Positions 29,679-44,667 of a stretch of 64,000 bases of DNA are shown in pieces (position 1 is the first letter of the stretch; each line of letters starts with the position of its first letter). The DNA is from the human T2T-CHM13v2.0 reference genome, Homo sapiens. The stretch lies in NCBI RefSeq assembly GCF_009914755.1, contig NC_060937.1; one strand, given 5' to 3'. Under the pieces are notes generated by a model. The model did not search any database. It was not told the DNA's origin and saw nothing but the letters and a program-made list of their open reading frames with translations. The position numbers and the translations under genes are program-made.

Positions 29679-30392
29679 TGTAACACGTAAGGTTCTTGCC
29701 TAGCCACACCAAAGAATTGGTGTGGCAGCTGACCGCAGCGAGTGATAGACACAAGGACTGATAGAGAGAAAAAGCGGTAGGCTTTATTGAGCAGAGTGAA
29801 AGTACAAAGCTTCCACAGCGTGGAAGGGGTCCCTCCCGAATGGGTAGCCAGAGTTAGATTATACAACTGCCTTTTAAACTCTTTAAGGTGGGAAATACGT
29901 GCAGCGGGAAGATGTTACCAGAGCGAGAAAAAAAGACAACCATTTGTGACATGTCTTAGATCTTAAGGAAAACCGGAATTGCAACTTAGGTTTTATTTAT
30001 TTTATGACCTCGCAGCGGCATGGCAAAGGAGACAGCATCTTACAGGACTTTACAAAGTATGTTCACAAGGAATTGGGATTGGGAGTATAGATAAGGTCCA
30101 CTGGTCACAGAAAAATGGCCAGTTAACATTCTTTTTACTTTAGTTTCGGGGGAGGGGGAAGGGGAGAGAGGGAGAGAGGACACAGAGAAACGTACAGGAA
30201 AATTTTCGCTGTTTATGGCTTTCTTGGGGAAGAAAACACATGCAGAAATCCTGGTGTTAGGAATAGTTTAAGCATGTATCTTCAATATTATCCATCCAGG
30301 ACCAAAGTAAGTCCTGATGCAGGAAATAAGGGAGTTTCACAGCTTTCTGAGCCCCTACTCGACCCAGGAAGCCCAGCCAGCCCCTCCTCTCA
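29679..30392 (-). promoter_or_regulatory. Complete 5' LTR (LTR30-like)
   Basis: Minus start TGAGAGGAGG...CTGGGCTTCCTGGGTCGAGTAGGGGCTCAGAAAGCTGTG; AATAAA at ~29783-29788; ends ...TTACA. Confidence 0.85.
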
Positions 30393-32910
30393 CCACTGCA
30401 CTGGGCTGTAGAGGAAGGCAATAGAAGAACAGCATATGTAAAGTTCCTGAGAATGGAAAAAGCATGGGGCCTTTGAGTATTGAAAGAAGGTCAGTGTGGC
30501 TGCAGAGTAGTGAGAAAGGGGAAGGGGCCGGGAGATAGTTGAGTTTTGTGAGACAGGAAATAGCCAAATCATATGGGGTCTTTGTAGACCATAGTAAGGA
30601 GTTTGGATTTTATTCTCATGCAGTAGGAAGCCAATGAATGGGTTTTAATAGAAAAGTGACATGTTCACAGATCAGGTCAAACTCATGGCAATCCAGAGTA
30701 GCCATTTTGCAGTAGGGTCTAAAATTTGCTTGTTAACTCGAAGGAAAGGCAGCCAGTAATGATCTGTGATATAAGAAGATGACTGTAGTTGTTGTGGAGA
30801 AAACCGGTTTTTGGAGTCATGTCAGTACCCAGTAGAGAAGACTGCAAAATAGTCAATGTGAGATGGTAGCTTAGACTAGAGTGTCAGTGGTGGAAGTGAA
30901 GAACAGTGGAAGGATTCGATGTACATTTTCAATGTAGAAATGACAGAGAGATTGTGTTGATACGGTGTAACCAGAATGAGTATCGTTGCTGAAGTGGAGG
31001 AGTTTGGGGAGTTAAGAGTGGTGGGTTGCCTTGATTGTGTGGTTTGGGACTGCCTTGTTGCTTGTGAGATGCTGGGAGATGTCTGAGAGCAGATAGCTAG
31101 CAGGAACCTGCAAACCAGAACTCTGAGGAGAGGTTTTGGGTGTAAAGTTGGTATTCGGGGGCATATAAATGGAATTTAAAGTCATGGGAACTGAAGAGAT
31201 CCCCTAGAAAGAGGGCAATAAGGAAGAAAAGAGAGCTCAGGACTAAATCCTGGGGAAACGCAACAATTAGAAGTCAAAAGGAGATAGGGGTTCACAAGGA
31301 GTGTGAGGAGGATTTGGCAGAGAGATAGAAGGAAACCCAAGAGAGGATGGTGTCAATTAAGGAAAGAGTTAAGGGTAGAAGGGGAGAAAGAAAGATAAAC
31401 TGCCTACTGTATTGAATACTGGTAAGGAAGAGGCTGGTTCTTAATTTCAAAGAGCATAAACATCAAATCAAATTTAGAAGTATTTATCATACTTATTTCA
31501 TGTGTATTTCACCTACTATCATGTTTCTCCTGCAGGGGAGTGATGACTACTATCTGATTCATGAGCACTGTCAAATCTCATACTTTAAAAAAAGACTTTA
31601 ATCTTTTTTTCTTCATAAATTTTGATTCTCCCTGAATTCTCTGGATAATTTCCACAATTCTCTTTATTTTGCTAACATATGCAGAATCTATAATCTTCAA
31701 GTCTTCACTTTTCAAATGCAAAACTATTTTAGATGCAGTTTATTGTCTTTTGAAAATTATCCATGTTCATTTAAAAACAGATTAGCTCTTCACCTTCAAT
31801 GTATTTGAATTGTCATGTTACAGGAGACTTGGAATATTAAGCTTATCGGAAAGTTAGGACAAGTTTTCCCTAGAGGGTGGAGAGTAGTTTTATATTCGAA
31901 GTGGAAAAAAAGTTCCATATCTTAAAATAGAAGCAAATTTTTTCTCTGTTTCACATTCTCTCAAGATATCCTCAATCCTTTTTAAACTCTCTATTTATTA
32001 TTAAATACAAGCAATTTAGCTCCTTTGTAAGGTTATGCAAATAACTCATCCAGAATTAGCATTTAACATGCAATTCTTATATCCACACAAATGTTTTGTA
32101 TAAAGTTGTTTTAAAAAGATTCAAATCTTTATAATTAGGAAGGGAAAATATATTAATAGGAATAAAGGGATACTCTGCTAATCTCCCATATGTAAATTAG
32201 CTTATAATTTCCATCATTTACTTTAGAAGCAACAGAACAATGGAACTTTTATTCTTCAATATTGCTGTCTCTCTCCTTCTCCAGCCAGAAAGTCTGTGCT
32301 TATACATGTATATCTAAAGAAAAATAACAAGGAATGTTAAATATTTTAGTTTTGTGGGAGAGAGATGGTTGGGTAACTTGTGAGTGGGATTGAAGTTGAT
32401 ACTCTGTGCTTTGGCAGCCTAAGGGATAAAATGCAATGTAGACCCTCTTGGGTTCTCATTTCAACTGCTTGCATTTCCTTTTGTTCTTTGTTAGTGGGGC
32501 TGGATTCACTCCTGCCTACCTGGAACCTTCCTCCACAGCTTCTCACTCCTTCCCCAATCTTTACATAGAGGACATTCTCGTAGAATGTATGAGGAAATTG
32601 TTCATTTCCTTAAAGTGCTTTCTCTTTGCTTTAGTCTTTAGCTTAGTCTTTGGAAAAGAAGATCATGCAAACTGCAGATAAACATTGGTTAACAGTATAG
32701 GCTAGGTTCTTCCATCTCACTTACCTTCTGGAGCTTGGCTTGTATCTTCCAAGATACCAGAAATCAAGTGCACTGTCCTGGGAGTTTGGTATAAGTTGGT
32801 AAACTGGAAGTAGGATTATGAAGGATTCAAAACTAAGTCAGACAAAGAACTGTTGAAAGGATTAAGTCGTTGACCCTGGAAGTGGAAAGGGGAGCTCTGA
32901 AGAGACTTTA

Positions 32911-33255
<345 letters not shown>

Positions 33256-34137
33256 CTAGGAAAATGGGTGAAACGTTTAAGGGATGCATGTTTCTCCTTC
33301 AACAAACATTGAAGAAACTGCCAGGTATCGGGTAGAGCTCTGAGAAACTAGATGCAAGATGGAAATCAGCACTTATTCACTTCAAGGAAGTTACTGTCCA
33401 GTGGGAAAGACATGCAAGCAAACAATTATAACAGATCATGATAAATGCAAACAATACGTATTGTATTCAGTGAGAGAATAGAGGAAGGCAGCCTGTATCT
33501 GCCTTGGGGACAGATCTGCTTGGACTATCTGCTTGCGGGTGCCAAGGGCAGCTCCTCCATCCTCACTGACACCACTTCATGCAAAATTCCATTATCTTTC
33601 ATCTGAGTTTCTGAAACTGTCTCAGAGCTGGTCTTCCTGCCTTCAGCTTTGCTGCTTCAATTCTTTCATCCACATTGCAGACAAAGTAATATTTCCAAAA
33701 AGGAAAACCTGATTCCCCCACTAAAAGCCTTCAATAACTTTTGATTACCACAAAAACAAAATCCAAATGCTTAAGGGCCCCTGCTTCAATCTCTAACCTT
33801 TTCTTGCTCCCCACATTTAAGCTCTATTTACAAAGAACTACTTGCCACTTTCCTAAGTCACCATTTCTTCCTAACTCCTGGGCTTCTGCACATGTAGCTC
33901 TCTGCCTGAAACCAGCTTCCCTCAAAATCCACACATATAGAAGTAAAAAAAGAGAACAAGTTTGCATGCACACACATATTGTGCATATATCCATGTGCAC
34001 CCACCCCCACACACTTCCCATTTCTACCCTTGCCTTACTAACTCGTTCTTTCTTCCTCTGGTCCGCAACACCCCAAGACTCAGTGTTATTCCTCCTTGTG
34101 GGTACACTCCTATGTGGCACCCTCTGTGCATACCTAA

Positions 34138-34577
<440 letters not shown>

Positions 34578-34840
34578 TAGAATGTGACTATATATTTGTT
34601 TAATAGATGAGTAAATGAATAGCATTTTGAAGAATGCTATCCAAAAATGTGAGAACGTTCTCACATTTTTGGGTAGTATACAAATATATGTTACATATCT
34701 CAGTTGAGTGATGGTTCTAAAAACTTTGGAAGGTTCTTCAAACCAAAAAACTATGATTATATAAATCTGTCTTAGATCATTTTTAGAAAGAGGTAATAAA
34801 TAAGTAAATAATCCATGAACTATTTCTTACCTATGGGCAG

Positions 34841-35212
34841 TGTGATGGTTAATTATATGTTGACTTGACTGGGGTGTGGGATACTCAGATATCTGGTTAA
34901 ACATGATTTCTTGGCATGTCTGTGAGGGTGTTTCTGAAAGAAATTAGCATTTGAATTGGTGGACTAAGTAAAGCAGATTGTCCTTCCCAATGTGAGTGGG
35001 CATTCTCTAACCTGTTGAGGGCCCAAATATGACAAAAAGGTGAAGTGAGGTTGAATTATTTCTCTATACCTGACTACTTAAGCTGAGGCATTGATCTTCT
35101 CCTGCCCTTAAACTAGGACTTACCCCATTAATGCTCCCAGTTCTTAGGCCTTTGGGCTCAGAGTAGGATTGATATCACCAGCTTTCCTGGGTCTTTAGCT
35201 TGCAGGTAGCAG
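34841..35212 (+). mobile_element. MLT2 (ERVL) LTR 5' part
   Basis: 'tgtgatggttaatt...ttgacttgactggg...attagcatttgaattggtggactaagtaaagcagattg'. Confidence 0.8.
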
Positions 35213-36484
35213 AGGGCATGAAGAAACTGAGGCCCAGAGGGGTGAAGTGAGATGCTCTTAGTCACAGATAGGCTCTAAATTCTTGCCCCAGTACTTTCTA
35301 CCACAGTCCACCATTTCACAAATAAGGCTGCTTGAGTTATTTGGAATTTCACTCCCCATCTTATTTCTAATTATTTTAGACCAGATTTTCCCTGAGAGAA
35401 TGAGTTCCTAGTGGGAGCCCAACACTGGTCAAAGCAAGTCTGTTCTGTCAAGGACTCTAAGAGACTCTTTCCTTCTGGCGTCTTTCTTCTAGACTCAGTT
35501 AACCAAGAGAAGGGACTCAAGGTGTACATTTGTCTTGAAAGTGAGGCCTCACAGCATCAACTAGGGGAAAGTACTAAGAGTAAGTCTAAGGCTGACTTTC
35601 TTCCTTCAGGCTCTCAGGATGGCAGTTGTTCTGGATCCACCTGGATTCCTCATGTTGCTGTTGCCAGGCACATCCATGCCAACCTCCAGGTGTCTCCTTT
35701 CCATCAAAAAGGTGGTGCTATTTAGACAGGACTTTCCTCAGGAATGCAATGATTATTGTGAAATCTGCATAATTTCACCTTTTGTCAGTCATGAGACAGG
35801 AGCAGTCCTCCATCAGATGATAAGGGTGCCTAAGTTACTTTCTCAGCCTTACAGGCAGCTCCATAAGTGACCATCCTGCCCCTCTTTGTTGGTTCTATGA
35901 AAAGAATTCAGGTTATGTCAATAAACAAAACATTTATGGTGAAAAAACATATGGGAATGAGGAGAGCAAGTGCCTCAGGGGATTAGAAAAAGGCCTACCT
36001 CAAGGCCTCATGGAGAAGGTTTGTATTCTGGTATTTTGTGATTAACATGACTTAACTTCTGTCTCCTGTTGTTTCTGAGGAATTTCTTTCTACATGTGCA
36101 TTTTATACTTTATGACTATGGCATTAATGGCCTCTGCAAATGGCCTTCTCTGCAGTCCTTTTACCTTCAACCCCTCTGCTAATTGCTCAACTCTGTTTTT
36201 TATTTCACTTTCAAATTCCTGGGAGAAAAATCTCATTGCCCTGCCTAATCAACATCATCCCTTGCTAGACAAAGCTGTTCTGTCAAACCACCTAATAAAC
36301 CTCTGGATATTGGCTGGCCTTTTATCACTTGGTCTAGGAAATGTTGTGTTATATAAAATGTTATATAAAACGCTTAAAAGTGGGGGCAAAGCGGTCGCTG
36401 CCTTGGTGTCCCTGTCATGCTTCCCAGCAGTGGCCTAGCAGAAAAGTAAAAGATATCTGAATATATTCGCGTACCGAAGATTAG

Positions 36485-36712
<228 letters not shown>

Positions 36713-37247
36713 TAGATGCTTCATCAGCTGTGAAAGTGAAAAGAGCAGTCCAGAAAACATCTGATTTAGTAGTGTTGGGTCGCACATGGAAAACAACTGA
36801 GCAGGACCTGAAAGAATATTTAAGTACCTTTGGAGATGTTCTTATGGTGCAGGTCAAGAAAGATACTAACACTGGTCATTCAAAGAGGTTTGGCTTCGTT
36901 TGTTTTACGGAAGATGAAACACAGGTGAAAGTAATGTCACAGCTACATATGATAGATGGACGATGGTGTGACTGTAAACTTCCCAATTCTAAGCAAAGCC
37001 CAGATAAGCCTTTGAGAAGCATGAAAGTGGGGCGCTGAACAGAGGACATGATTGCGGATGAGCTGCGGCAGTTCTTCTGTCAGTATGGGGAAGTGGTGGA
37101 TGTCGTCATCCTCAAGCCATTCAGGACGTTTGCCTTTGTTACATTTGCAGATGATCAGGTTGCACAGTCTTTTTGTGGAGAGGACTTGATCATTAAAGGA
37201 ATCAGCATTCATATATCCAATGCCGAACCTAAGCACAACAGCAATAG

Positions 37248-37682
<435 letters not shown>

Positions 37683-37824
37683 TAGACAGTGGGGTTGTGG
37701 TTGGTTGATATAGAATGGTGGGAATTCAAATTTTTCTAAACTCATGATAAGTATATTGTAAAAATACATATGTACTAAGAATTTTCAAAATTGGTTTGTT
37801 CAGTGTGGAGTATATTCAGCAGTA

Positions 37825-37941
37825 AGGAGGTATACCTAATGTAAATGACAAGTTAATGGGTGCAGCACACCAACATGGCACATGTATACATATGTAACAA
37901 ACCTGCATGTTGTGCACATGTGCCCTAGAACTTAAAGTATA
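37825..37941 (+). mobile_element. Short L1PA (PA4/5-like) 3'UTR fragment lacking a poly(A) tail, inside the pseudogene 3'UTR
   Basis: 'tatacctaatgtaaatgacaagttaatggg...ccctagaacttaaagtata'. Confidence 0.88.
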
Positions 37942-37986
37942 CATATACATATGAAGAGCTAAAGGAATTTTATAAGTTTTGTTACA

Positions 37987-38307
<321 letters not shown>

Positions 38308-41300
38308 TTACATGAAAGGTTGAAATATTGAGTGGTTGAAAGTGAACTGCTGTTTGCCTGATTGGTAAACCAACACACTACAATTGATATCAAAGAGTTT
38401 CTCCTGTAATATTTTATCCCTGGACTTGTCAAGTGAATTCTTTGCATTTTCAAAATGGAAACCATGGATTAGAACTACATTCTTTACTCCTTGTTTTAAT
38501 GTGAACCCCACCATATGAATTTTTTTCCTTAAGAAAATATCCTTTTGGGAGATCATGGTGTCACAGTGTTTGGTTCTTTTGTTTTGTTTTTTAACATTTG
38601 TCTCCCCTCATATACAAAAGCAAAATATGAAGCCTTCATTTATTCTCTGCAGTTCATCTCACTTCAAATGTTTATGGAACAAGCATTTCATTGAAAGTAG
38701 TGCTGTAAATATTCTGCCATAGGAATACTTCTGTCTACATCCTTTCTCATTCAAGAATTCGTCATCACGCATCACAGGCCGTGTCTTTGATTTTTATCCA
38801 CTACTCTTTATTTCATGGAGTTGTATCAACGCTATGAACGCAAGGCTGTGATATGGAACCAGAAGGCTGTTTGAACTTTTGAAACCTTGTGTGGGATTGC
38901 TGGTGGTGCCAAAGCATGAAAGGCTAGTATGAGCAAGAAAGGGAGAAAGTGCGTGCAGAGACTTGGTGGTGCATAATGGATATTTTTTAACTTGGTGAGC
39001 TATGTCTCTCAATCCTGTGGCTTCGGTGAAAGAGTGTGCAGAAAGCAATGATAGCAAATAATGTGCAAATGTTTTTTGCATTCAAAGCACATCCACATCT
39101 GTTGGAAGACCTTAAATGAGTTTTTGTTCTTAGATAACCCACATTAGTTGAATGTGTTAAGTAAAACGATACTTGTACCCCCCCCCCCCCACCCCTTTGT
39201 CAACTGCTGTGAATGCTGTATGGTGTGTGTTCTCTTCTGTTACTGATATGTAAGTGTGGTGATGTGAACTAAAGCTGATGGGTTGAGAACATGGACTGAG
39301 CTTGTAATGTGCTTTGCAGGAGTACTTGGAAGCAGAGTTCACCAGTGAGCTCAGGTGTCTCAAAGAAGGGTGGAAGTTCTAATGTCTGTTAGCTAGCCAT
39401 AAGAATGCTGTTTGCTGCAGTTCTGTGTCCTGTGCTTGGATGCTTTTTATAAGAGTTGTCAATGTTGGAAATTCTTAAAACTGATTTAAATTAAAAAAAA
39501 AAAACACTTAAGAGACTGTCTAAATTTGCTTTCCTTAACCAGCAGCTGTGGATGGGGGATTCCTAGGAAAGCCAATAAACTTTGGCCTAACTACTCTGTA
39601 CCCGAGAAAGAAGTTTGAATGTGGTGATGGTGTTTCCTCTCTCCTTGTGAGACTTCACTGTCAGCACCTCATGTTCATGCATGAAATGAAGTGACTCCAT
39701 AGCTTCCAGGCAAATAATAAACCAGGCTGCTCTTTCTGATCTCCCCAAAAGATTCCAGATCCCTGTTGAAAAAACTTTGGTAGCCTAAATATGGAAAACA
39801 ACTTTAGATTCCTATATGCTCAACTTTATTCCATACAGTAATTTAGGCAACAAGAAAACTGGATGATGGGCCCCTTTGAACCAAACCTTAAATGCACTTT
39901 GAAATGTGATTTATTTTCAGAAAAAGTGCTTATTGGCTAAAAATCCAACCTTGTGATAATTTGGATATTGTAAATGATGCAACTGTGCTTTGGCCATCTT
40001 TATGGACGAAGGTGCTCCTGAGTTATGGATGATTCATCCCTCACTGTACAAAGCATTTGGCATTACTAAATGAAGCTTAAATTGGAGAGACACCATATAT
40101 TACACATGGAAAAAATTTGCATTTTAACATCTCCAGAATGCTATTAAATATCTCAGAAAGATCCATAAAGGAAAGTGTGTCCTAGAGCTTGAAATAGAAA
40201 GTGATTGGAAAAGGTAGAAATAGAGTTCCTATTTTTCAGAAAGGAGCCATATCATCCCATAAATCTTTGAAAAGAAGTTTTCTTGGGCTTTGCTCTAAGC
40301 ATTCAAATGCTTCCCAGGAGCACCTTGACCTTAAATTAACATTTATAGAGTTTAGCTGACATCAAGCTTTGCAGTTTAATGGAAGGCTTAAAGTTGAAGA
40401 AGGTAAGTAGTCTAAATTGGTAGTGTATATTAAGTCCTGAATAAGGATGCATTTCTACAACCACCACCATTTTCACTTATTTCCCCCTCTAGAACAATAA
40501 TAACAATTGGTAAAATATATGAAATGCATTTTCATTCATGAATAATACATTTTTATATGTTAACCTCATGGAAAAAGGAGCAGTTCAACAGTAACTGCAG
40601 CATTAATGCTGTCATCTTAAGAAAGGGTATATAGGTGACAATGTTTGCACTATATGACCTTGATAATGTTGTTTTCTGTAGAACCTGTGATTTAAATGTG
40701 GGTTTTAAGAAATATTAACCAAGTGTTAAAATAATAAAGCAGCACCTTTAAACATGAAGAAAAGAAGAAAATATACAGTGTTGCCTACAGATTCTATTAC
40801 AGATCAAATGAAAATGAGGTAAGTTCCATTCTGCTTAAACCAGGAGTGCATTCTAAGTAGAATATGAATGTCTGGGGAGTAATATATAAAGCATGAAGAT
40901 GGTTTTTTAATACTGCTAATGAGTTGCCCCTTGGTTGTATTGCAGATAAAAACGGGTTTCCAATATACATACACATTTCTACAGTGCATAAAGCCTGATT
41001 TATAAACGTTCAGCATTAGCACACAAAGGAAAAGTCAATTTCTTCAGGTGTTTAGTCTGTCAGAATAACAGTGACTTGGCCTCTAGGAAAGATGTTTTCA
41101 AAACAGGAGGCAACTAGGAGAGTTAGTTCTGCTCTCAGATCTAGGCAAAAAGGCTCCAACTCTGGGCCCTGGGTTGGGCTGGGAGCAGGGTAGCAGGGAC
41201 CCGGTCCTGTCCTCCTCTCCCCCTTGTGTGTTGGAGCAACTTCCTCAAAAGCTTCTAAGCCCTCCTTCTGTGGCTGAGACCAGCCAGAGCAGCAGTGCCA

Positions 41301-41646
41301 TCCCAGCAGGATGACCTGAGCTGGACCAACACCTGTGGGGTGCCCTGGACCCCATGGCTACCCATTAAGGTACTCCAATCCTCTCCCCATGTCCAAAGTG
41401 TAAGTCACCCAGATTCCCTTAGGAATCCCAGTACTCGAATCTGTGGGACCATCCTAGGGCCCTGCGGCCAGTTGCCAGTTGCCAGTTCCCAGAGGACAGC
41501 CTGGTGAGCAAGTGATTCTTGCTGGAGGCTCAGTATTTCTTTTGCTGGATTGCATGAGATGAACCATCAGAATGTTGCTAACGAGCTGATTTGGGGTGAC
41601 TCAAATTGTTTATGTAGACAGTAGCTCTTTAAAAATATATTAACGA

Positions 41647-41950
41647 TCTGAGTGTGATGGCTCATGCCTGTAATCCCAGTACATTGGGAGGCTGAGGCAG
41701 GCAGATCACTTGAGGTCAGGAGTTTGAAACCAGCCTGGCCGACATGGTGAAACCTCGTCTCTACTAAAAAATACCAAAATTAGCCAGGCATGGTGTCGTG
41801 CACCTGTAATCCCAGCTACTCAGGAGGCTGAGGCACAAAAATTGCTTGAACCTGGAAGGGTGGAGGTTTCAGTGAGCCGAGATCATATCACTGCACTTCA
41901 GCCTGGGCAAGAGAGCAAAACTCTGTCTCTAAAAATAATAATAATAAATA
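41647..41950 (+). mobile_element. AluSx/Sz
   Basis: Full Alu; flanked by aaaaatatatt. Confidence 0.9.
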
Positions 41951-42098
41951 AAAATATATTTACCTTCCTCCTTCCATCCCAAGGTAAGGGTGGCCCCGTA
42001 GTTAGTTATAGTAAGCAATAAAGATTACAATCTAGCCAGATTAAAGTAAGACGAGAAAGTTTCCCTTTCTTCAAAGTTGATGACATATATATCACTTA

Positions 42099-42470
<372 letters not shown>

Positions 42471-42739
42471 GCAGCAGCAGCATGAGGAGGAGGAGGAAGA
42501 AGAATAAAAAGGAGGAGGAGGAAGAGGAGGAAAGGAAGGAAGGAAGGAGGAGGAGGAAGAGGAGGAAAGGAAGGAAGGAAGGAGGAGGAAGAAGAAGATA
42601 GAAAGAAAGAAAAGATAAACCAGGACATATTGACAGGTACTTCCTTATGAAAACATTTATCATAGCAGAGAAGGCCAAATATCTTTTCTAGAAGACTTCC
42701 TTGCTTAAACTCTGTTTTGGACCTATTGGACCCCTCTTG

Positions 42740-43221
42740 GACACTGCCTCATGCCATTTTAATCTTGCTTCCTGTTGTAGTTGCAGCTACTGTAAACAAG
42801 CTTGCAGGAGCTTTGGCCGATTTTATGCTGAAAGCACTGCTTCTCTCATAACCTGCCCTGTGCTCTTCATGCTGTGGAATGGGACCCCTGTGACTCTGGA
42901 AGCGGGTGCCAAAGGGCAGTGCTAAACCCCCAGAGGAGATCCAAGGGGCATCCTAGAGCCAATGGATAAATGCTTTTCCCCATGATCCTTTGGGTGGACT
43001 GTCTATTTGGCCACCCAAGGTACCAGCATGGTAGAGCTCCAGTAAACTCACAGAGGTGACCAACTCAAGAATATATCCTTGATTTGGCTTCTCTTCCTTC
43101 CTCGTTTCATAATCCCTAATCCTTCACTCCTGTTCCCGGGGATTCCTTCCCAAAATAAACTACCTGTACAAAAGCCTGAATCTCAGGCTTTGTTTTCCCA
43201 GGGGGAAGTCAGGCTAAGACA
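42740..43221 (+). mobile_element. LTR16-like ERVL LTR
   Basis: 3' end 'cccaaaataaactacctgtacaaaagcc...tctcaggct...ggctaagaca'. Confidence 0.55.
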
Positions 43222-44591
43222 GCAGACTCATACCACAGGTGACAGCAGACTCATACCACAGGTCACAGCAATCATTCCCCTGATTTCAAATGTCCTCTCC
43301 ATGAATTATCTGTCACTTAAGCATGTCTCAGTGCATCACAAAGAGCCCTCCATATGTACATGTATTTATAAAGTTTATCACACTGCAATAAAGACACACA
43401 TGATTATCCCATCACTTCCTGCTAAAGACTAAAAAGCAGGGCCCGTATCTCATGTTCCCTTGGTTCTCCTTTTTAGCATCCAGGATGTTGCTCCAAATTC
43501 AATGGATAATTCATGGTGTTGTGCCACTGGTAACCTGCAGACAGTGGCTGTATAAATATCTCTATTAACTGTAGATCTCACTCAATACAATCACATAAGT
43601 GAGGGCAAGAAAAATATTTTCCTCTAACATGAATATTATGAACAACAAGGTACTATAATAAGATATATAACTGGCTTTATAAAGATACAGACATTCATTT
43701 GTCTTCTCCTTACCTACCAAATGTCATTGAAATTGGCATAAAATCACTAACTGCTGTGTTTGTGTAGAATAAAATGATTGTCAGAAGATTCAGAAATTGT
43801 CATCATTCCTAAGATTTGGTTTTTTAGGGAAAACTTTCACAGTTATGCAGAGTATAATTTAGATAACTGAAGCCAGGCTGCCAAAATATTCAAGTTTCTT
43901 TAAGACTTAAGAACATCCAGGATCCACAGAAAAAAACGAGATGTATTTGTTTAAAATGAACAGGCAAATCAAAAGTTATACACAGGCATACATATATACT
44001 CTCATATGATCAACTAGGCCTGCAACATTTGCAGGTAGCAATTTTCCACAGTCCCAAAGGAAAAGTGGGATGATTAAGTGTTTCTCTTGGACAGGCTTCA
44101 TTGCTCTTAAAAAGGATAACATCTGGTAGTGATACATTATTGAAATACATTCTGGACAGTTCTTCTTTTGGTCAAACAGCTGGAATCCTTTTTTTTTTTT
44201 TTAAATAAAATTTTGATCTGCCTAATCTTCAACTTCCTCCAGTTTGGAAAAAAGAAAGCATGAACGGCAAAGAAATGTGCCCTGTTTATAATTACCTATT
44301 CTGTTCCAGGCATACAATGTAATGTTCTACACGTGTTATTCATTCCTGGCACAGTCACGGAGAAACGCACAACTGATAAGTTGTATATGAAAAGATGTAA
44401 CCAGCACATTTACATGCATTTTATTGCTATATATCTGCTATATTTTTGTTGTTAGTATGCTACATCAGTGAAGTTCTAGTTCAGAAAACAGAAGGAGAAT
44501 AGATATTTCAAGCAGAGGGACTTCATGCAGAGAATTATTTACTCAGGTGTTTGAAGGTTGAAAGAACAGAAAGGGAATGCTGAGGTAGCCC

Positions 44592-44633
44592 TGTATTAGT
44601 CAGGGGTTCTCCAGGGAAACAAACAATAGGAGA

Positions 44634-44667
<34 letters not shown>

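Larger units (their letters stand above)
27859..30392 (-). mobile_element. Internally deleted ERV1 provirus, LTR30/HERV30-like (HERV-W/ERV9 supergroup)
   Basis: 5' LTR 29679-30392, PBS, leader, gag MA, and a 3' LTR U5 remnant (27859-~27945) that repeats 29679-29765; 4-bp TSD CCAC (27855-27858 / 30393-30396). Confidence 0.88.
27692..30406 (-). mobile_element. FAM (fossil Alu monomer) split by the provirus (parts 27692-27858 and 30393-30406)
   Basis: 7SL-like 'gcagtggctattcacaggc'; resumes 'ccactgcactgggc' after the LTR; flanked by tg(c/t)agaggaag repeats. Confidence 0.75.

Noticed and set aside
43218-43270. Direct repeats as a CRISPR-like array
   Set aside because: Two abutting copies, no spacers, eukaryotic context.
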